Origin: Octopus vulgaris
Lineage: Eukaryota
NCBI GenBank assembly: GCA_951406725.2
Contig: OX597831.1
Span: 40,176,001 to 40,240,000 of the forward strand
Length of the DNA: 64,000 bases
Direction: 5' to 3'
Below are positions 54,432-64,000 of this stretch, piece after piece (the stretch's first letter is position 1; each line of letters opens with the position of its first letter). The position numbers and the translations under genes are program-made. Below the pieces are notes generated by a model, which was given only the letters and a program-made list of their open reading frames with translations, was not told the origin of the DNA and made no database searches.

Positions 54432-55265
54432 CAGGGGCGGATTAAGGCCCATAGAGCCTATAAGCACTTAAAAGATATTGGATAAACCCATATGTATGTA
54501 ATTCAAAATATAAACAATAATAAACCCTAAAATAAAATTTCACTTTTCAAAGTGAAAGAAAACTAACAGTAATACGGAAAAAAAACTTTTCTACCCTAGG
54601 CACAAGTCCAGAAATTTTGGAAGAGGGGGCCAGTCGATTATATCGACCCCAGTACACAACTGGTATTTAATTTATCAACCCCGTAAGGATGAAAGGCAAA
54701 GTCAACCTCGGCGGAATTTGAACTCAGAACGTAGCGGCAGACGAAATACCTATTTCTTTACTGCCCACAACGGGCTAAACACAGAGGAGACACACAAGGA
54801 CAGACAGACGGATTAAGTCGATTATATCGACCCCAGTGTGTGACTGGTACCTAATTTATCGACCCCGAAAGGATGAAAGACAAAGTCGACCTCGGCGGAA
54901 TTTGAACTCTGAACGTAGCAGCAGACGAAATGCCGCTAAGAATTTCGTCCGGCCTGCTAACGATTCTGCCAGCTCGCCGCCTTAATATGGAAAATAATGT
55001 TTCTTTTTGAATACTTTATTTTTATTTGAAAAGTTTTCTCCTACTTTTTTTTTTTTAATTACAAAGTTTTTGATCCGATCCTCACTACTACATCATGACC
55101 ATCTCGAAATTATATTTCCGATCGTACAAACCACTTCGTATATAATTTTATCAAGTTTAAACTGATTTCTTTTGTGCCGTAAACCATTTACCATTTCTGC
55201 AGTGCTCTTCTACCCTTGATGCCCTAAGCACGTGCTTATTTTGCTTAATGGTTAATCCAGCGCTG
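54432..55265. mobile_element. hAT-type MITE with an 8-bp TSD and a nested SINE B dimer (54590-54983, -)
   Basis: TIRs CAGGGGCGGATTAA / TTAATCCAGCGCTG; flanks ATCCTAGG (54424-54431) and ATCCTGGG (55266-55273). Confidence 0.8.
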
Positions 55266-55395
55266 ATCCTGGGTATCTTTGTGTGGGAGCTAGCTTCATC
55301 TTTTTGTTGCTGGAGAGAGGGTAAGAGCAATAGCGCCTTTATAATTGAAGAGTATGATAAGTCTATTCTCGTGCGTCACTCTTTGACTCCGCGGT

Positions 55396-55600
55396 GGAGG
55401 TGCGTAGCTTAGTGGTAACGGGTGTTGGACTCATGTTTGTATGACTGTGGTTTCGATTCCAGGACCGGTATACTTCATTTCATGTTGCTCCAGTCAGCTC
55501 AACTTTCAAAAATGAATAATCCTTCGACGGACCGGCGTCCCATTCGGGTGGGAAAACTTATACGCCATGAAAACCGGGAAACCGGCTCTTATGCGACGGC
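55396..55600 (+). mobile_element. SINE family E, diverged
   Basis: GGTGCGTAGCTTAGTGGT...GGTTTCGATTCC head and TTTCATGTTGCTCCAGTC body. Confidence 0.7.
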
Positions 55601-56495
55601 GTGACTTAGAAAGGTAACTAGAAGGTAACCTTTACTCTTTGACCAGAAATCAGCCGAAGCTCCTGGTTCGGCGTCGCACCTACCAAAAAGCTGAATTTAA
55701 CGTTTGGTCGTATATTTATGTTTAGCAATTAAGGTTGGTGTACTAAGAACAATAGAATTTCTCCACAATTATCTATCTTGATCCTTCCAAGACCAGAGAA
55801 AGATGAAGAGGTTAACTTATTCACATCACTGTCCAAGTGCAGAGAGGAGAAAACAGTAGACTGGAAATTTGTTTGATAACTAATAAAAATGTGTGTTCGG
55901 TTTCGAATCCTTGCTTTACCTATTCTGTATCTGTTCGCTACAGATACGTATTAATAAATTAATTCCATTTTCACTAAAAATGTAATCCAAGGCATTTACT
56001 TTGGCGGTGTTTGAACTCAGAACCTAAATATACAGTACCAAATACTGCAAGCCGTTTCGCCTGATGCTCTAACCATTCTCCCACTTCAAAACAACTACCA
56101 CCACCACCACCACCACCACCACCACCACCACCACCACTATCACTACCACCAACAACAACCGACAACCACAACAACAGTCGATACTGGCGTATTATAGAGG
56201 CTGGTTTCGTCTCGCAGACGTCTCCTTGGGGTACGATTTAGAAGCCTTTTTCAAAAGCGAATCAAGCAAATATGTTTGCCTGTGCTTAAGACATGGTGTA
56301 TTGTATCTACTTAATTAGTCAATACACGGTGTTGAAGATCAGCTTCGATTTGCAGTAGGTTAATACCAGAAACACGCTCCGTTGTAAATGCCTCAAAGAC
56401 ATTAATGTTTGTTTATGTTGAAGAGAATATCTTCGTTATCTTAGCGTGTGATAAAGTCACCCAAGTGTGTGTGTCTGTATTTGCGTATGAATGCA

Positions 56496-56579
<84 letters not shown>

Positions 56580-56582
56580 ATG

Positions 56583-56626
<44 letters not shown>

Positions 56627-56654
56627 TATACATATACATATATATATATATGCA

Positions 56655-56689
<35 letters not shown>

Positions 56690-56769
56690 GTATATCTATA
56701 TACACATAATATATAAATATTTTACATATGTGTTCATATACGTGTAAATATATATATTCACAAACATAT

Positions 56770-56808
<39 letters not shown>

Positions 56809-56928
56809 ATATAATATAATATATATATGTGTGTGTGTGTGTGTATTACACCCAAATGTAAATCACATACATATATATCTATACATACACATAACCAGAG
56901 ACACATATACACAAACAAACATATACAA

Positions 56929-57012
<84 letters not shown>

Positions 57013-57096
57013 TTACATACCTATTTGTGCGTTATAGGTATACATATATTTGTACACACATACATACATACACACACATACTCACATACACACATT

Positions 57097-57130
<34 letters not shown>

Positions 57131-57664
57131 CACATACGCGGACATACATAATATGCTCATGTATACATCTAAATTCAAATATACACACCTATACAGACGT
57201 GTATGAGTGTATGTTTGTATATGTGTGCACGTGCATTCCTATGCGCATGTGCGCATGTATGTATGTATATATATATCAGTGTACGTATATATGAGAATAT
57301 GCGTGCGTCCATGTGTTTGTGTGTGTGTGTGTGTGCGCGCGTGTGAATATGTACGTGTCTGTATGTGTGTGTGTGTTTGTGTCTGTATGTGTGTATGTGT
57401 GTGTGTGTGTGTGTGCCTGTGTGTGTATTGCATGAAGGTTGTGTATATGTCCGGAAAATACGATTAATCGGGAAACGAATCTTATTTCTTGATTTCGTAC
57501 TGAAAGCAGGCCAGGTACCTGGAGCGTCAGACAGAATATAACTATAACTTCAGTTGAACCACCCTACAAACTCTACTGTAATAAATGTGAATCAATATCA
57601 CAGTATGTGTGTGTGTGTGTGTGTCTGTGTGTGTGTGTGTGTGTGTGTCTGTGTGTGTGTGTCT

Positions 57665-57700
<36 letters not shown>

Positions 57701-57760
57701 ACATACATACATACATACATAGACTATAAAGAAAGTCAGGAGGTGAATGTGTTTATTTTA

Positions 57761-58322
57761 AGGCGGCGAGCTGGCAGAAACGTTAGCACGCCGGGCGAAA
57801 TGCTTAGCGGTATTTCGTCTGCCGTTACGTTCTGAGTTCAAATTCCGCCGAGGTCGACATTGCCTTTCATCCTTTCGGGGTCGATCAAATAAGTACCAGT
57901 TACGCTACTGAGGTCGATATAATCGACTTAATCCGTTTGTCTGTCCTTGTTTGTCCTCTCTGTGTTTAGCCCCTTGTGGGTAGTAAAGAAATAGGTATTT
58001 CGTCTGCCGTTACGTTCTGAGTTCAAATTCCGCCGAGGTCGACTTTGCCTTTCATCCTTTCGGGGTCGATCAAATAAGTACCAGTTACGCACTAGGGCCG
58101 ATATAATCGACTTAATCCGTTTGTTTGTCCTCTCTGTGTTTAGCCCCTTGTGAGTAGAAAATAAATAGGTATTTCGTCTGCCGTTACGTTCTGAGTTCAA
58201 ATTCCGCCGAGGTCGACTTTGCCTTTCATCCTTTCGGGGTTGATAAATTAAGTACCAGTTACGCACTGGGATCAATCTAACCGACTGGCCCCTTCCCCCT
58301 AAATTTCTGGACTTGTGAAAGA
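57761..58322 (+). mobile_element. SINE family B tandem trimer
   Basis: One head followed by GGTATTTCGTCTGCCGTTACGTTCTGAGTTCAAATTCC at about 57808, 57994 and 58168. The last unit ends in an alternative tail. Confidence 0.92.
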
Positions 58323-58607
58323 ACATGTTTATTACACCATATGATATTCATAGCGTGACGGTTGTTTCGTAGCCAACATCATGCTTAAATGGTTAATCTT
58401 AGCGAATAATAAATTACTTTACATGCCTACACTAATATGCATGATGCATATTCCGCCGTACCATTGTATATATTTACAAACTAATGCAGATAAAGAAGGC
58501 TACAACTTGAGATCAGTAGAATATCATGGTTACATCAATTTTTGCAACTCCGGATTACACATGCTAAAAGAAAAACATCACACACACCTTCAAACATACA
58601 TATACAT

Positions 58608-58995
58608 TTTTTTATTACCCACAGGGAACAAAGAATGTGATTGTGTCGATTACATCGTCCCCAGTGCGTAACTGGTACTTATCTAATCGACCCCGAAAGG
58701 ATGAAAGGCAAAGTCGACTTCGGAGGAATTTGAACTCAGAACGCAGCGGCAGACGAAATTCACATTTCTTTACTACCCACAAGGGGCTAAACATAGAGTG
58801 GACAAACAAGGACAGACATAGGTATTAAGTCGATTACATCGACCCCAGTGCGTAACTGGTACTTAATTTATCGACCCCCGAAAGGATAAAAGGCAAAGTC
58901 GACCTCGGCGGAATTTGAACTCATAACGTAATGGCAGACGAAATACGGCTACGCATTTCGCCCAGCGTGCTAACGTTTCTGCCAGCTCGCCGCCC
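58608..58995 (-). mobile_element. SINE family B tandem dimer
   Basis: Two units on the minus strand; head at 58945-58995. Confidence 0.9.
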
Positions 58996-58998
58996 TAT

Positions 58999-59100
<102 letters not shown>

Positions 59101-59599
59101 TGCGTGTGTGTGTGTGTGTTTGTGTGCGTGTATGTGTGTTTGAGTATATGTATGAAGAAGAGATTAATGTAATATTTAGCGTTGGAATATAAAATTACTG
59201 CACTAAAAACACACGCACTTGTATTTCGCTTCAGTTATATATATATATTATGAATTAATTGGGTCGTTTGTTTATTAATTAGTTAATTGATAACATAATT
59301 GGATTATTAATTTTTCAAAGTTCTTTTTTTACAGCTTGTGATCTTATCGATGATGATATCTTCGCTGCTGATGACATCTCTGCATTATCAAGCAGTCCCT
59401 GTTCTTTAGTCTTTGCTAATTAATGCCCTGGTGATCTTTTGTTGCACGTTCGTATGCAGACTTTTAATTGGAGAAGTAGTGGTGTACATACTTCTGCTCG
59501 TAATGGTCAAGGTTTGCGTGTGTGTGTGTATGTGTGTGTATCTGTGAGAGTGAGACATCTTCACTCTTCTCTCTCTATGTATATATAGATGTGTTTGTG

Positions 59600-59633
<34 letters not shown>

Positions 59634-59636
<3 letters not shown>

Positions 59637-59962
59637 ATCTAACAAGAACGTGACAGTAGGGGGTACACCACCGCTGTATAGCCCTAGGAAGCATCGAACG
59701 CCTCCTGATGGCTTTGACACATTTTCCCTGTGTCCTTATATACAGTTACGAAGGGGAGACAAACACCCCCGGCTGCCGAAGCTGCATCTAGGGACACGTG
59801 TTTCAGGATCATTGTCCTTCATCGGCCTAGAGTAGCAGACACTTCGTAAATGTATATAAGGACACAGGGAAAAATGTGTCAAAGCCATCAGGAGGCGTTC
59901 GATGCTTCCTAGGGCTATACAGCAGTGGTGTACCCCCTACTGTCACGTTCTTGTTAGATTGA
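59634..59962. mobile_element. Fold-back element (~120-bp near-perfect inverted arms, 88-nt loop) next to (TA)n; probable Penelope-like pLTR remnant
   Basis: 59634-59753 is the reverse complement of 59842-59962 with about 3 differences. The loop contains a hammerhead motif. Confidence 0.8.
59787..59831 (-). ncRNA. Minimal type I hammerhead ribozyme motif
   Basis: Minus strand: TCTAGG-CCGATGA-AGGA caatga TCCT-GAAA-CACGTG-TC-CCTAGA. 6-bp helix I, 4-bp helix II, palindromic helix III, GUC site; one core deviation (U4C). Confidence 0.75.
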
Positions 59963-60031
59963 CAGTATACAATCATTCTATTGCCCTACCACCGTACATG
60001 TCTCTACGAGAGATTTAGAAATTCAATATTT

Positions 60032-60079
<48 letters not shown>

Positions 60080-60174
60080 TATATATATATATAATTATTA
60101 TTTAGGGAATAAAATCCAAACTTACAGGGAAAATAATTCAATTTAGAAATACTAAATCAAATTTCACACAATAT

Positions 60175-60425
60175 AATATATATATAAAAAATCAGAAAAA
60201 ACTCACCTTTTATCAATTCAAAATGAACAATTAAATTACACCATCTAGAAAATTACATATAATAGAAATATTAAAATTAAAATAACAATAAAATGTCAAT
60301 GATTAAGTAAATTGCAAAAAAATAATAAAAACGTATATAATATGTAATTTTCTCGATGGTGTAATTTAATTGTTCATTTTGAATTGATAAAAGGTGTTTT
60401 TTTTTCTAATTATATATAATTATAT
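60175..60425. repeat. AT-rich inverted repeat (~85-bp arms)
   Basis: CACCTTTTATCAATTCAAAATGAACAATTAAATTACACCATC.AGAAAATTACATAT and its reverse complement at 60340-60396. Confidence 0.85.
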
Positions 60426-60811
60426 AAGGATCGTTATTTAAAATACACATTAAATGTTCATACAGCACCGGGAAGAAGACAAAGAGACAAAATAAATTAG
60501 CAAAAAATTTTAATAATAATGAATTATTATTATTAGCTTAGAAGGTTTTTATTCTCTGATAAGATCGGTATTTTAAATAACGAGCTTATACTTATTTATA
60601 TAAATTTTTTTTCGTCATTATATTCACTGCGGTGGTATTTTGACCATATGGCACGAGGAGTTTTAGACGGGCAATTTAAACTGGTCGTGTTGCATACGTG
60701 CATAGAAATGTATGTATACGTTCGTATATGTAAGTATTCGTATGTTGTATGTATATATATATGTATATATATATATATATATATATTTGTATTTATGTGC
60801 TATCTGCGCAT

Positions 60812-60870
60812 ATTCCACAGATGAAGGCAAAGCATTTCTTATGCAGAGTCAGAAATCCGGGATCTGGAAT
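60812..60870 (+). ncRNA. Degenerate hammerhead motif
   Basis: ATTCCA-CAGATGA-[AGGC..GCAT..ATGC..GTCA]-GAAA-TCCGGGA-TC-TGGAAT. Perfect helix I, but a U4A core change and a damaged helix II. The adjacent 60880-60950 is an inverted copy of 60440-60510. Confidence 0.45.
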
Positions 60871-61019
60871 TATCCAGTAATTTTTTTGCCAGCTTATTTT
60901 CTCTCTTTGTCTTCTCTCCTGGTGCTGTATGAACATTTAATGTGGTTTTAGAGTCAAGTTTTGGATGATATATCTAGCATAGTGGTATCTCTTAGATACC
61001 CTTAATTATAATTTTAATG

Positions 61020-61103
<84 letters not shown>

Positions 61104-61104
61104 C

Positions 61105-61152
<48 letters not shown>

Positions 61153-61341
61153 ATATATGAATGTATATATACGTATATGCGCGCGCGGATGTAAGTATTT
61201 GAGAAATAAGGATAAACACAAGTTTATATTATCGTTCTTACGTGTGTTTCACCATTATATTCGATCGGAGCACAGCAATATGTTTTCCAAGTAATGCTCA
61301 ACTACAACGGATCACCCGGGAACATTTTACGGCATTAAGTT

Positions 61342-61550
61342 GGCGAGCTGGTAGAATCGTTACCGCGCCGTGCAAAATGCTTAGCGGCATTTCGTCCGTC
61401 TTTATGTTCTGAGTTCAAATTCCACCGTGGTCGACTTTACATTTCATCCTTTTGAGGCGATAAAATAAGTATCAGTTGTTTACTGGGGTGGATGTAATCG
61501 ACTATCTCCTCCCCCGAATTTCAGGCCTTGTGCCTATAGTAGAAAGAATT
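61342..61550 (+). mobile_element. SINE family B monomer with the alternative tail (another partial copy at 62152-62300)
   Basis: GGCGAGCTGGTAGAATCGTT head; tail AATTTCAGGCCTTGTGCCTATAGTAGAA shared with 62268-62295. Confidence 0.85.
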
Positions 61551-61941
61551 AAGTTACAGATTTATACACACATACACACATATACATCTGTACATCTTTA
61601 ATAAAAGAAATGCACAATTCTCTCTGTCGTCTGGAACCCTTGTATCTCAGGCTACCTTTTTTTTGAATCAGGATGATCCTAGAATTGAAAATCTGCCCTT
61701 CATTTGGTCCTTGAACATCCAGTACTGGGATCTGATTTAAAAGCATTTGGGTTGCTATTTCTAGCAGGAAAAGTTTGGCTGATTCACGCCATCTTGGTTG
61801 GCGGTTGTCAGATTACGTCAGAGATCAAGGGAGAGGGGGCGGAGATAAATTACACTCGGTTCTCTAATTTTACGTCGAGGTAAGAACTTTGGAACAACTT
61901 GGTCAACTGTTGGAATTCAACTAGGGACTGGAACAATAAAA

Positions 61942-62025
61942 TGGTTGCATTACAGAATAAATTCTCATCCGTCGTGTTTGATCCGAGGTTAAGGGCGGAT
62001 GAGAATTTATTCTGTAATGCAACCA
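61942..62025. repeat. Perfect 30-bp inverted repeat with a 24-nt loop
   Basis: TGGTTGCATTACAGAATAAATTCTCATCCG / CGGATGAGAATTTATTCTGTAATGCAACCA. Confidence 0.95.
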
Positions 62026-62077
62026 ATCTGTGGTATTGAGCAGAATATTTTCTGTAGCCCATCTTTTATACCAAGAC

Positions 62078-62140
<63 letters not shown>

Positions 62141-62305
62141 GATTATTATTAATGTTCTGAGTTCAAATGCCACCGAGGTCGACTTTCATCCTTTCGGGGT
62201 CGATAAATTAAGTACCAGTTGTGTACTGGGATCAATGAAGTCGACTTACTCTTCCCCGCTTCCCACAAATTTCAGGCCTTGTGCCTATAGTAGAAGATAT
62301 TATAC

Positions 62306-62368
<63 letters not shown>

Positions 62369-62374
62369 ATACGT

Positions 62375-62945
62375 GAAGACAATGCTTAAAATGTTCCCAT
62401 CGTAGCCACGTATTTCGGAAGCATAGTCCCACTGAGTGGCATCTTATGTAAGTGTCTTCTACTGTAGCCTCTGGACTGACCAATGACTTGTGAATGAATT
62501 TAGATGTGACGGAAACTGTGCGGAAGCACGTCATATATGTGTGTGTGAAGCACGACATATGTGTGTGTGTGAAGCATGACATATGTGTGTGTGTGTGTGT
62601 GAAGCATGTCATATGTGTGTGCGTGTGTGTATTTGTGTTTGTATCCTCTCCGCTTGATGACGGTGTTAGGGTGTTTATGTCCCCGTAAGTCAGTGGTTCG
62701 GTAAAACAGACCGATAGTAAGAGTATCAAACTCACTTAAATAAGTAAAAATTAACGAAAATAACAAATAGATAAATAAGGCAAATAGATGAATAAATAAA
62801 CAAAATAAATCAATGAAACAAACAAACAAACAAATAAATAAATGAAATAGATACTGGAGTCGATTTGCTCGACTAAAGATTTGAAGTGTGTGCCCCAGCA
62901 TGGCCGTATTCCAATGACTGAAACAAGTAAAAGAATAAAAGAATA
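62375..62945 (+). mobile_element. Old SINE family A copy with an internal minisatellite
   Basis: Degenerate head, core and tail; GAAGCACGACATATGTGTGTGT-like unit x4 at 62523-62615. Confidence 0.7.
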
Positions 62946-63050
62946 ATAGAATGATAGAATAAAACAGGGAATTTTGAGAAAAGAACACCATTCCGTGAAG
63001 TGGTGCACCCACCGAGCTGTAAAAGGTTGCTAAGCGCAGATCAAGAAATG

Positions 63051-63141
<91 letters not shown>

Positions 63142-63146
63142 CAATA

Positions 63147-63270
63147 ATCCTACGCAGAACACTTTCCATACAATAACCATCAGAGCATCACAACAAATCA
63201 CAGCACATACCCAAGGCACACAGAGCTGCGCTCGGTAGTGAAGTGAAAGCACGCTATAAAAATAAAACTA

Positions 63271-63274
<4 letters not shown>
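63147..63274 (+). mobile_element. R4/Dong-like 3' tip in (AAT)n, copy 2
   Basis: Almost identical to 3142-3270, more 5'-truncated, with the same 3' junction ACTACTG|AATAAT. Confidence 0.85.
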
Positions 63275-63347
<73 letters not shown>

Positions 63348-64000
63348 GTCGCGATGGCCACGACCAGAAAGCGTCTGATCATATGTCTCTCTTCTATTCG
63401 GGCTAACCTGAGGTTATCCATCGTCATCATCATCAGCATCATTATCCTCATCATCACCACCAACATCGCTATTAATATCAGCACCGTCACCGACACCACC
63501 AGCGCCGCCGCCCCCGCCGCGGCCACCACCATTACCAACAAAAACAACAACACCTTGCGTTATTCTGATATCTATCGTCCTTATAAGTTCCTTCGCAACA
63601 ATATTGACTCCGAGACTTTGTAGTCCAACAGAAATAAATAAATAAATAAATAAATAAATAAATATTTACTAAGATTAATCTTTTTTTTCTTGTTGTTGTT
63701 GTTGCTTTGTCATTTGTTTCTAGCTGTTTATTTATTTATTCTTTTATTTCCTTTTTTTTTTTTTTTTTTCCTTATGCCGAAATGTGTCTTGCAGATACAT
63801 ACATATATTTCTCTAAAAACATCAAAAGCTTGGAAAATCTTAACCAATTCTCTTTTATTTCTTTGCACAAAACGAACGAAAGCTTTTATAAGAATTTCTT
63901 CGGTATATAGATTAATCGACTGATTTTGTTCGACACCCTCTAGGGAAATACGATAACTTATTGTAAGGTATTTTAATTCTGTATACATAAAACTATATAT

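Noticed and set aside
55396-55470. tRNA gene (also at the heads of SINE A, B and E copies)
   Set aside because: A and B boxes are present but there is no complete cloverleaf, and the sequence continues into a shared SINE body.
57808-58270. SINE B tandem units as hammerhead retrozymes
   Set aside because: The unit size fits, but no CUGANGA...GAAA core was found on either strand.

Overview
This window is AT-rich, gene-poor eukaryotic DNA, intronic or intergenic. By inference from its repeat families and extreme microsatellite load it comes from a coleoid cephalopod, most likely an octopus. No host protein-coding exon can be firmly supported, and almost all supplied ORFs are translations of simple repeats. 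The window is a mosaic of five kinds of sequence: (i) microsatellites and minisatellites; (ii) three tRNA-derived SINE families, here called A, B and E; (iii) 3' fragments of non-LTR retrotransposons of several clades (RTE, two CR1-group, R4/Dong-like in (AAT)n and in (CATA)n, CRE-like); (iv) three non-autonomous Helitrons, one carrying an open Pif1-helicase C-terminal frame, plus a Helentron-like element and hAT, Tc1/mariner and pogo-like MITEs; (v) a cluster of fold-back (inverted-repeat) elements embedded in (TA)n tracts at about 48.5-54 kb and 59.6-61 kb. The most interesting signal is that several sequence-unrelated fold-back elements contain minimal type I hammerhead ribozyme motifs with a palindromic helix III (best at 59787-59831 and 53526-53612, both minus strand), as in Penelope-like pseudo-LTRs. 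Also visible are two SINE/LINE partner pairs that share 3' stem-loops, and strict microsatellite-specific insertion niches. All calls come from reading the sequence by eye, no database search was run, and repeat boundaries are approximate.
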